In this document: piece after piece, positions 36,061 to 47,277 of the stretch | Layout: every line of letters begins with the position of its first letter | Position numbering within the stretch: position 1 is the stretch's first letter | Assembly: GCF_001194135.2 (NCBI RefSeq) | Contig: NC_068993.1 | Span: 35,014,411-35,078,410, forward strand | Direction of reading: 5' to 3' | DNA from: Octopus bimaculoides | Taxonomy: Eukaryota | DNA length: 64,000 nucleotides | Program-made: the position numbers and the translations under genes | The notes under the pieces: model-generated | The model's input: only the letters and a program-made list of their open reading frames with translations | Told to the model about the DNA's origin: nothing | Databases searched by the model: none

Positions 36061-36260
36061 GTTGAAATTTATAGAAAAACAAAAGACGAAGACAGGTGTA
36101 TGAAAAAATAGCAGGTGTATTACTTTGATGCTCAGGAAAATGACAAAAGTCTTTTACGTTTTGAGCTTACGCTCTTCAACAGAAAGGACTAAGGGAAAAT
36201 AAAAAGAGAGAGAATGAAAAAACTCTTGTAGATTTCAGTGGTCTAGCATGATGAATATAT
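36061..36260 (-). mobile_element. About 200-bp element between (TA)-rich tracts carrying a hammerhead-like remnant
   Basis: (ta)n on the left and a short AT run on the right. Minus strand 36186-36151 reads CUUU-CUGUUGAA-GAGC(guaa)GCUC-AAAAC-GUA-AAAG. Confidence 0.5.
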
Positions 36261-37026
36261 TTATATATATGGCTTCCACAGTTTCTGGCTACCAAACTCA
36301 CTCATAAGTTATTACTAAGCCTGAAGTATATTAAGAGACATTTACCAAAGTGCTATGCAGTGGGACTGAACCTACACAGCCATACTTTCACCTATGGACA
36401 TAAATCTTAATGAAATGTACTGTTTGATTGGCTATTTTTGTAGTCAAGGTTGTGTTTCAGCATCAATGATCAAGGCTAGTCAACAACAATAACAAAATCA
36501 ACAACACCACTTCTTGAAACCAATATGTCTTGACTAGAAATTTAAACTAGAATAATAAGCTGCCACACTACCATTGAACTTGCACATTCTACCTGCTGAC
36601 TACCATCAAACCCCTAATCAATACCCAATCTTCCACACTCTCAATGAATCTTCACACTGTCATTGAGCCTGCAGATGATCAGGAAACTTTTACATTCTGA
36701 CTGACGTTCCATCCCACTAACAACCCTCCATACTCCCACTAAACCTCTGTACTACTATATGATAAATAAAATTGATATAAATATAACTTATAATAGTTGT
36801 AATACAGCTGAGTTAAAGTTTAACTTATTACCAGAGATGAGTTTGTTTGAAAACAAAACATGTAACTTCCAACACAGATGAGAATACTGAATAATATAGA
36901 TAAAATATACTGATGTGTGTAATATGCTTTGGGTACCCAGATGTGAGTACCCTGATGTCGATATTCTAATTGTTGAGGGAAGCTGCAACAGCACTTCGTA
37001 ATTGACAGTTTTCTGTTATTTTGCAG

Positions 37027-37118
37027 TACTCTGTTCATGGACTTCACATTGAATGTAGAAGAATTCCATCACAATTGATTGCTAAAGATACACTGCATGA
37101 AAAAAACATTTTCAAAAC
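37027..37118 (+). CDS. Candidate internal coding exon (unidentified); the best exon candidate in the window
   Basis: Acceptor gttttctgttattttgcag and donor AC|gtgagt. 92 nt with one open frame: YSVHGLHIECRRIPSQLIAKDTLHEKNIFK(T). Confidence 0.45.
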
Positions 37119-37685
37119 GTGAGTCAATGTTCCAAATGTTTAGAAAACAAGTTATTTATGGTATACCATACACTACATATAAAATGTGTACACAAACACA
37201 CACACACAAACACACACACACACACACACTGAAGTATGCAAGACTTTTCTAAAATTCAATATGTAAATTTTTGCTGCCATTACTTTCTAAATTCCAATGG
37301 TGACACTTTGTTTCTTTGAAGCCAGCTGCTTTATAGCAAAACTTGAAACAGTTTAAAATTACATACATATATTAAAACACATACATGCAGACATATAAAC
37401 ACACATACATGCACACATATACACACACATACATGCACACATATAAACACACATACATGCACACATATACATATTCATACATATATTTATGCACACCCAT
37501 ATGTACATGCATACATATACACATGCACATATATACACAACCATTCAAAAACACATACACAAACCCATACATATACAAACATTCATACATATGTGTATAT
37601 GCATACACACCTGCCCTTACATATAAACACATACATATAACATAAATATATACATACATGTATGTACGTCAAAATCTTCAAATTT

Positions 37686-38080
37686 GAAATATAGGCATAA
37701 GCATGGCAGTGTGGTAAGAAGCTTGCTTCTCAACCACATGGTTCAAGGTTCAGTCTCACTGCATGTCTTCTACTATTGTCTCAAACAGACCAAAGCCTTG
37801 TGACTGGATTTGGTAGATGGAAACTGAAAGAAGCCCATCACATATATATGTGTATGTGTGTCTTTGTGTCTATGTTTGTCCTCCATCACTACCATTGACA
37901 ATTGGTGCTAGTGTGTTTGTGTTCCTGTAACTTAGTAGTTTAGCAAATGAGACTGATATAATAAGCACCAGGCCCTAAACAAATAGGTACTGGGATCAAT
38001 ACATCCAGTTAAAAATTCTTCAAAGTAGTGCCTCAGCATAGTTGCAGTCTAACGAGTGGAACAAGTAAAAGATAAAAGAT
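37686..38080 (+). mobile_element. SINE-A with an internal deletion
   Basis: Head reads cactgcatg|tcttcta, lacking gcaccttgggcaagtg. The tail runs to gagtggaacaagtaaaag. Confidence 0.8.
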
Positions 38081-38219
38081 ATGAAACCTCCACAATTCAG
38101 TAGGTTATGGAAAATATTCCTTTTAAGAAAGCAACTGATCTTGCTCAGACAACAGAGCTTATTCTGCAGAACAGAATAATCCATACCATTCCATGCTGCC
38201 ATGTCAAGGAAATATGTAT

Positions 38220-38470
38220 CATCATCATCATCATCATCATCATCATTTAACATCAATTTTCATGCTGGCATGGTTTGGATTGTTTGCCAGGAGCTGGCCA
38301 GCTGAAGAGATGCCCTGGCCCCATGTCTAATTTGGCATGGTTTCTATGGTTGGATACCCTTCTTAATGTCAACCATTTTGAAGGGTGTACTGAGTGCCAC
38401 TATGCAGCACCGGCATGGGTGTTTTTATGTGACACTAGCATGGGTGCATTTTACATGGTATCAGCACCCA
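38220..38470 (-). mobile_element. RTE-type 3' end with (CAT)n tail
   Basis: catcaattttcatgctggcatgg...aatttggcatggtttctatggttggatacccttcttaatg. Confidence 0.65.
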
Positions 38471-38588
38471 TTAGCCCACAAGATCAGGATTGCTGTGCTG
38501 GAGAGGGATGCCGGGGATATGCTTGTATGCAAGGACAACCATGATTCTCCCTAGCTTGGCATGTGTTCCCAAGCTCTGCACACTGCCA

Positions 38589-38760
38589 GAAATATAGGCA
38601 TAAGCATGGCAGTGTGGTAAGAAGCTTGCTTCTCAACCACATGGTGCAAGGTTCAGTCTCACTGCATGTCTTCTATTGCCTCAAACAAACCAAAGCCTCA
38701 TGACTGGATTTGGTAGAGGGAAACTGAAAGAAGCTCATCATATATATATGTGTTTGTGTG
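38589..38760 (+). mobile_element. SINE-A head, near-duplicate of the 37686 copy
   Basis: Same 5' flank gaaatataggcataagcatggca and the same internal deletion. Confidence 0.8.
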
Positions 38761-39556
38761 TGCTTGCATGTATGCATTTATCGTTTTGTATAGGAGTTAC
38801 CATTATGTGTTGTGTGACCTAAATTCATAGCCCTTGTGTCANNNNNNNNNNNNNNNNNNNNNNNNNNNNNNNNNNNNNNNNNNNNNNNNNNNNNNNNNNN
38901 NNNNNNNNNNNNNNNNNNNNNNNNNNNNNNNNNNNNNNNNNNNNNNNNNNNNNNNNNNNNNNNNNNNNNNNNNNNNNNNNNNNNNNNNNNNNNNNNNNNN
39001 NNNNNNNNNNNNNNNNNNNNNNNNNNNNNNNNNNNNNNNNNNNNNNNNNNNNNNNNNNNNNNNNNNNNNNNNNNNNNNNNNNNNNNNNNNNNNNNNNNNN
39101 NNNNNNNNNNNNNNNNNNNNNNNNNNNNNNNNNNNNNNNNNNNNNNNNNNNNNNNNNNNNNNNNNNNNNNNNNNNNNNNNNNNNNNNNNNNNNNNNNNNN
39201 NNNNNNNNNNNNNNNNNNNNNNNNNNNNNNNNNNNNNNNNNNNNNNNNNNNNNNNNNNNNNNNNNNNNNNNNNNNNNNNNNNNNNNNNNNNNNNNNNNNN
39301 NNNNNNNNNNNNNNNNNNNNNNNNNNNNNNNNNNNNNNNNNNNNNNNNNNNNNNNNNNNNNNNNNNNNNNNNNNCTTTCATTTTGGTTTTTTTTTAATGT
39401 TTTTACATGGAATATAATAATTATATTCATAAAAATATAGCAACGTTGTTTTTGTGACACAAGGGCTATGAATTTAGGTCACACAACACATAATGGTAAC
39501 TCCTATACAAAACGATAAATGCATACATGCAAGCACACACAAACACATATATATAT
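38740..39556. repeat. Perfect 102-bp inverted repeat (38740-38841 / 39455-39556) around the gap 38842-39374
   Basis: Base-for-base reverse complement. The left arm ends exactly at the gap. Confidence 0.9.
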
Positions 39557-39629
39557 ATATATACACATATTCATACACATACATATGTATATAAATTCAT
39601 AAATAAATTTATGCACATGCATACATGCA

Positions 39630-39661
<32 letters not shown>

Positions 39662-39830
39662 AACATACATACATACATACATACACACACATACATAGAC
39701 TCTTTCACATACATATATAAATATGTATGTATGTAAATGTATATTAATCAAATGAGAGTTACAAAAGTAACAAAGGACAAAAAGTTTGTACATGGCACTT
39801 ATCAAAGTCATACACACACACACACACATG

Positions 39831-39879
<49 letters not shown>

Positions 39880-39910
39880 ATATACATGTATTTATGTGTA
39901 TATACATATA

Positions 39911-41156
39911 CAGGGTGCGTAAGATATTTGAGGACAGATTTATGTTTATAAAAAAAAAAACAGATATATAATAGCAGATAATAAATTTATTTACCAAAAA
40001 ATGTTACGAGGATAAAAATAAACCTTCTTTTCAATAATGTTATTCTATAAAGCCACCTTTAGCTTCAACAATTGGTTCTATATATGGGATCTAAATCATC
40101 TACATCCTTGAATCAAGTGGTCCTGGTTCATTTTGAGCATTACCCTGACTGTGGCAGCTTTCAAAGAATCTTTGGTTTTATAGGTGTGTTCATTGATCTC
40201 ACTCTCAACAACGCTCCACATGTAATGGATTGAGATCTGGTGAATTAGGAAACCAAATGTTAGGGATTATGTGACCATGAAGATTTTCAGCCATCCATTC
40301 CTGTGTTACTAGAGCCATGTGAAAAGTCATATTGAAACACATATGGGCTTCCATTGCATACACTGTCTATCTAGGGCCTAACAATTATTTCCAGAACATC
40401 AATGTAGACAGCAGAGTTAACTCTAAGGCCTTACGGAAAGAAGTAAGAAGACATCATATGTCCTTCATTGCTGACAACCCCTAAAACCATAATAGTTGCA
40501 GGAAATTTTGTATGCATAACTTTGGGAACTTCAGAAGGCTCTGCACATAACTATCTTTCATTTCTTCTGTTAACTTGTTGATCTTGGTCGAACTTTTTCT
40601 CGTTTGAGAAAAGCCAAATTAAATCTTCTTCTGCTGGATTTTTCAGTTTGTTTAAGAGCACTTTAGATCTGATTTAGTGATTTTCTTTTGCTTTTCTGAC
40701 AAATTGACCTTTTCTCATCATATAAGATTTATATCTGAAGTCTTCATGGACAACATTTCTGACTGTTCCTTGTGTCACATGGGGATCTATACCTCATGGA
40801 CATTCTGGGATTGTAACCAATGGTCTGTTGAACTTGCTGGATAAATTCAGGTGTTCTGATGATTTCAGAGCACTTAAAATACTTTTTATGCTTTGATACT
40901 GGTGATGCATTTTGGTCTTCAGTTTCTAGCTCCTTACAAACTTCGTAGACGAAAAATTTGGCAACTTTTAAAAATCGAGATATTTCTAAATCGCTATGCT
41001 CAGCATTTATAACCTCAATAACAGCATGTCTCTTCATTTCTTGAGTAAGCAGAGGCTCTGCCATTATTATATTCTGAAACAAAGATTATATAGAGCAATC
41101 AAAAATTGCAGCAATGACCCAAAAAGGGTATGTCCTCAAATACCTGATGCACCCTG
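39911..41156 (-). mobile_element. Near full-length Tc1/mariner superfamily element, maT-like (inferred DD37D), inactivated
   Basis: 26-bp TIRs cagggtgcgtaagatatttgaggaca and reverse complement cagggtgcatcaggtatttgaggaca (23/26), with TA on both sides. Minus-strand transposase remnants: HAVIEVINAEHSDLEISRFLKVAK, WLFSNEKKF, VFQYD, WFPNSPDLNP, EAKGGFIE*. Confidence 0.92.
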
Positions 41157-41206
<50 letters not shown>

Positions 41207-41449
41207 CACACATATATATAAAGATAAATTAAAGATAGAGATGTACTATTGACAATCCAGTGATTTATTTATATAACAATATTACATTTAATATTATGAA
41301 TATAATATAACATGACATAAAATTAAATAACACATATACATATATAATGGACCCTCCCATCATTAGATGACATATGAGGGTTCAACAATTTCTCACTGAA
41401 CAACTCCACAGTTTGAGTTGTTTATAGTGCTCAAATGTTTGTGTAGACA

Positions 41450-41646
41450 TAAGCTCACTTCCTCCATCAAATCGACATTACTTGTACAGGTGGAACTGGG
41501 TGCCACATGTCAGATGTCAAAATGATCACAGAACAATGTGAAATGAAGTGCTTTACTCGAGAACACAATGCAACACCTGGATTGGGAATCCAACCCATGA
41601 TCTCACAATCGTGAGTGCAACACCCTAACCACTAAGTGATGCGCCT

Positions 41647-41650
<4 letters not shown>
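41450..41650 (-). mobile_element. SINE-C
   Basis: gtgaaatgaagtg...gagaacacaatgc...gggaatccaacccatgatctcacaatcgtgagtgcaacaccctaaccactaag. Confidence 0.8.
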
Positions 41651-41687
<37 letters not shown>

Positions 41688-41711
41688 GACACACACATAT
41701 ACATATATATA

Positions 41712-41744
<33 letters not shown>

Positions 41745-41749
<5 letters not shown>

Positions 41750-41837
41750 TAGTATATTGCCACTTAAGTGTGGCTGACCCCTAGGGGTGGATGTTACTGT
41801 TGCTTTTAGCCCCAGGAGGACATCTCCTCCTGGGGCT
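41745..41837. other. Cluster of palindromes between (TA)n and a gap; probable transposon terminus
   Basis: cacttaagtg (41761-41770), acccctaggggt (41777-41788) and a 13-bp-stem hairpin agccccaggagga-catc-tcctcctggggct (41808-41837). Confidence 0.6.
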
Positions 41838-42538
41838 NNNNNNNNNNNNNNNNNNNNNNNNNNNNNNNNNNNNNNNNNNNNNNNNNNNNNNNNNNNNNNN
41901 NNNNNNNNNNNNNNNNNNNNNNNNNNNNNNNNNNNNNNNNNNNNNNNNNNNNNNNNNNNNNNNNNNNNNNNNNNNNNNNNNNNNNNNNNNNNNNNNNNNN
42001 NNNNNNNNNNNNNNNNNNNNNNNNNNNNNNNNNNNNNNNNNNNNNNNNNNNNNNNNNNNNNNNNNNNNNNNNNNNNNNNNNNNNNNNNNNNNNNNNNNNN
42101 NNNNNNNNNNNNNNNNNNNNNNNNNNNNNNNNNNNNNNNNNNNNNNNNNNNNNNNNNNNNNNNNNNNNNNNNNNNNNNNNNNNNNNNNNNNNNNNNNNNN
42201 NNNNNNNNNNNNNNNNNNNNNNNNNNNNNNNNNNNNNNNNNNNNNNNNNNNNNNNNNNNNNNNNNNNNNNNNNNNNNNNNNNNNNNNNNNNNNNNNNNNN
42301 NNNNNNNNNNNNNNNNNNNNNNNNNNNNNNNNNNNNNNNNNNNNNNNNNNNNNNNNNNNNNNNNNNNNNNNNNNNNNNNNNNNNNNNNNNNNNNNNNNNN
42401 NNNNNNNNNNNNNNNNNNNNNNNNNNNNNNNNNNNNNNNNNNNNNNNNNNNNNNNNNNNNNNNNNNNNNNNNNNNNNNNNNNNNNNNNNNNNNNNNNNNN
42501 NNNNNNNNNNNNNNNNNNNNNNNNNNNNNNNNNNNNNN

Positions 42539-42592
<54 letters not shown>

Positions 42593-44197
42593 ACATATGC
42601 ACATATGTGTTTGAGGGGGTGTGTATATACTCATGTATTGACTTCTATTTATTTTGTTCCATAAAAATTACACATGCACACATGCACACACACTCAACAC
42701 ACACACATTCACATTTATCTCTACATGTGGAAATACAGGTAAATACAAGGAAACATACAGTTGCATCCATATACACATACATTTATTCATGCATTCATAT
42801 ATGAAGCCAACTGGAGGTGCATTCATATGTGTGTGCGTGTGTGTGTGTGTGTCTGTGTGTGTGTGTGTCTGTGTGTTTGCATGTGCCTGTGTGATGTATC
42901 TATGTGTTCATGTGTTTGTTTGTGTATGAGTGTGTGTGAGTGTATAGATTGATAAGTTGAGAGACATACATATTCTGAGATAGATAGATAGACATTCTGT
43001 CATACAATCAGATAGTTATATAGATATCCTCATTAAAGATACATTAGATATATACTCAAATTGAGAGAGATAAAAATAATGTCCTTGCATATCACTTTGT
43101 TTACGGTTTCTTCTGTCATTTTTTTGTAGGCATCAAGCAATTGAAGAAATTAAAAGCTTTTACATATAAACTGTTACTTTAGTGACTTACAATTCTGATT
43201 TCAGCTATTCATAGATTTTTACGACAAAAATTTGTTTTAATCTGTCTTATACCAACCTACTTATCTCTAGATTATACTTTCTACTTGCTATGCTGGATTC
43301 AGTTGAGCATGCATACATTTTCACATTTACACACACACACACACACACACAGGCGCGCGCGCACGCGCGCACACAAACACAGACATACACTCAAACACAC
43401 ATACAGCATTTGCTTTAAGATGTACATTATCTATCCCACCACTGTGTATACCTCTACCAATGTCTCTTTCTCTCCTATCTATTTATCTATCTATCTATTT
43501 GTTTATTTTTCTCTCTCTGCTTTGTGCACAAGTGTTTGCACATGCATATGCATGTTTTGCAAATGCTGATGTTAGTTGCAGCTTTTTTCTTGTAAAACAC
43601 CAAAGGGGAATTTGATTTAGGTTTGTCATTGTATCCAAGATTATTATGAACCTAATAACTAACATGCACGCATTTATGCACATACACACATTCCTACAGT
43701 ACACATACATACACACACACTCACACACACATATACTCATATATATATTTGATATTAAACATTCAGTTACTTCCTTTGGGCTGCGTAGAACCATGTTGAA
43801 ATAATTACATATCTGATAACTGTGTATCTATGTTTGTATGTCTATATATATTTATACATGTATGTGCGCGCGCGCGCGTGTTTATGAATGTATGATTGTA
43901 TGTATCTATGTACACGCATAGCGTGACACAGTCTTACAAATGTGGGAGATATAAGTTAAACTATCAGGATACTTAGTAACCTGATTTGTGGTAATACATT
44001 AATTGTGAAGTGTAAAGCTAAAAGTCAGTAAAATATAAATGAAAGCTTAGATTAGAGATCCTAAAGAAACAAAGAATTAATTGAATGAGAAAGCTCTTCT
44101 GATTGTTGTACTGGATCAGTTCAAAGATTGTGTTTATTCTTGTAAGTTAGAAGTAACATTCCAAAGTGTCTGCATCTACTGAAATTTCTGGTTTAAC

Positions 44198-45152
44198 GTA
44201 AGCAACATTTTGAACTATGAAGAATTTGTACCGGACTTTTGCAGAGTTTTGAGCCGCTGAAACTGCTCGCGATATCAATGAAACGTTTGGTGAGGAAATG
44301 ACCAGTGAGTAGTCTGCTCGAAAATGGATTAAACGATTTCGCAGTGGAGACCTAAACCTTGAAGATCGTGAGCGTAGTGGACGCCCATCTGTCATCGATG
44401 ACAGTCAATTAAAGACTGTTATTGAGAAAGAACTACATAAAACCACTCGAGAACTGCAAAAGAACTTCAAGTTAGCCAGAAAACTGCCTGCAACCATTTG
44501 TATATGATCGTAAAATCAAAAAAGCTTGACAAATGTGCACGACACGATTTGAATGAAAATCAGAAAATGCACAGATATGAAATTTGTTCGTCGCTTCTTT
44601 TCCATAAACAGACCGATCCATTTCTCGACTATATTGTAACTTGCGATGAAAAGTGGATTCTGTACAATAATAATAAAAACCGTTCTTCGCAATGGTTGGA
44701 CCAAAATGAAGCACCGAAAATCATCCCTAAACCCGAGATCTTCACAAAGAAGGTTATGGTGACTGTTTGGTGGTGTTCTGCTAGATTCATCCACTATAAC
44801 TTCTTAAAACCCGGAAAAACCATTTGAGGGAACTTGGCTTCGGAGTTTTTCGCCACCCAGCTTATTCCCCAGACCTTTCTCCTACAGACTACCACTTTTC
44901 CAAGCACCTTGATGGTTTCTTGCGAGAGAAGGAGTTCAAAAATTAAACCGATGCTGAAAGTGCGTTCAAAAAGTTCATCAGCTCCAGAACACCAGAGTTT
45001 TATGTTACTGGAATAAACAAACTTGTAACTCATTGGCAAAAATGTGTTGATTGTAATGGTACTTATTTTGATGAATAAAATTTCCGAATTGTTAAAATAC
45101 ATTGTGATGAATTTCATGTTTCAAAATGTTGCTTACTTTTTACTCAGCCTGA
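44198..45152 (+). mobile_element. Mariner (Hsmar1/SETMAR-like) internally deleted copy
   Basis: AAETARDIN...EDRERSGRP...IVTCDEKWILYNN...KKVMVTVWW...KPGKTI is joined directly to LRELGFGVFRHPAYSPDLSPTDYHF...WQKCVDCNGTYFDE*. Inner TIR 17/17 identical (44198-44214 vs 45120-45136). The right end is cagcctga|ta. Confidence 0.92.
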
Positions 45153-45970
45153 TATTTGATAGATTTATTAAATCTTTTGCATATTAACGTTTTCGCAGCT
45201 TTACATGTTCTGCAGTTTGTAATCCCATTCCAATGCTGTTTACCTTTTTCAAGAATATGTGATATTGAATTTGATATTGAACGAAGGTTCGTGTTCTTTC
45301 AACTTCCAATCAGTTTGATAATTTAGTTACATTTATTTTTTTTTCTGCTATGTTCCCGAAGGAAGAAGTATGTTTAAATCATCTCTGTTTAAATTTCCCC
45401 TTTTTCTTAGCAATGTATCTCAGTTTATGGAGCTATGTTTATGAAGGAGGTTTTTGTTTCATACATAATTGCAATAAGAAGGAAGGTTGTGTTTTGAGGG
45501 AGATTTGGCTGCTGTTGCTAACAGGTTTATCGACCACAAAATTGTTTCCTCATTAAACAGTGTTCGTGTGTGCATAACTGATAACTAAATCATGTAGGTG
45601 TAAAATAATAGCTGCAAGTTAAGATGTAGAAATAGATATTTTGGCTGTCCTCCAGTTTTTATGCAAAATCCAATTTCATTCACTTTTGCAATATATCGCT
45701 GTTATAACTATTTCAAAAGATACTGTCACTTCGCCAAATGCTCTCATAAATTACGAAGATTGAATGTATAAAGGAAAGAACTAGGCTTGCAATTACAACA
45801 GCGCGAAGTAATCAGAAAAATTACTCATTTTCTGGGTTTTGGAATGTAGTTCATTTGTTTATATTTATATACAAATACATATGCAAATATACACATAAAA
45901 GCACAACAATACAAACGCACACACACACGTAGAGAAACACCCAAGCACACACACACAGACACACACTCAT

Positions 45971-46046
45971 TCGAAGACAATCAAGAATAGTCGAAGACAA
46001 TCAAGAATAGTCGAAGACAATCAAGAATAGTCGAAGACAATCAAGA
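45971..46046. repeat. Perfect 20-bp tandem repeat (tcgaagacaatcaagaatag) x3.8
   Basis: Read directly from the sequence; no spacers. Confidence 0.97.
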
Positions 46047-47277
46047 TCAAAGATAGTCATACCACGGATATTTCTGTATAACATCATCCTTTGCGTCATT
46101 TCTTAAGTTGGTACTCTGTCATTTAAGCGGTATTTGGTTCTTATTTCTAACAACCGGAATGATCTTCAAGTGACACGTTTATTGGTTTATTTCTTTTTTG
46201 TATGATTTTCAGAATAGGTGTCATTAATGATATACGCATGGTAATAAGTCCCATGAGTGCTCGGGTGCACACATATACACACACGAACGCAGGTGTACAT
46301 ACAGACACACTTACGCACATATATATGCATACGCGTAAGGGCACACATACGCAGGGACGGCTAAGAAAATGTTAAATGTTAAATGACATATACAGTAAGT
46401 GCTCAGACCAAACTAGGTGCCAAAACACCGACGTTAAGAGTCGGGATACAAGGCCTGTAGAAATAAGAGTTGGCTATAGGCCCTGTAATGGTTGAGGTAA
46501 ACTAGAATAAAAAATGAAAAGGCAATGTCAAGGCATCACATAATTTCTAGCATATTTATAGAGGATAGAACACACACACACACGCACGCACGCACGCACG
46601 TACGCACGGATTAGAAGCGCTAAGCAATGATGTGTACAAATATAAACCAGTTATCACTTCAAATATTCTTGAGACGTATTTGAAACCGTAAGAACGCCAT
46701 TCACTGTGTTTTGTTATGGGAATAATGTCTTGAACTGACTTAGTGTGTTTACACCTATTTGTCTCCAACGAGAATCTTTCTATAACAANNNNNNNNNNNN
46801 NNNNNNNNNNNNNNNNNNNNNNNNNNNNNNNNNNNNNNNNNNNNNNNNNNNNNNNNNNNNNNNNNNNNNNNNNNNNNNNNNNNNNNNNTTTTTTTTTTTT
46901 TTGTAAATTCTTACCATAGCATTGCAAATAGCCGTCTTTATAAATTTTTGTATACACATTTGTGTATACAAATCATGCATAAATTTTTATGGTGAATTCA
47001 TATATCCTGATAGCCGATGCATCCCGGATTCAACCGAATCCGCTGGCCTTACTGACAGAGGCTACGGAAATTGCCGAAACTAACCGGTCAATCTAGGGAA
47101 TTCTCGATTCGGGGTGATTGCAGCCCCCTATCAGAATGTATGTTATGTACTTCAGAACTGCAGTCGACACCCTTAGTCACGTTTAGTTGACGTCTATAAT
47201 TTGTCTTTACTGTATAACATGGCAAATAGCTGTTTGCATAAATTTATATATACATCTGTAGCGTACTTCTATCTCTC

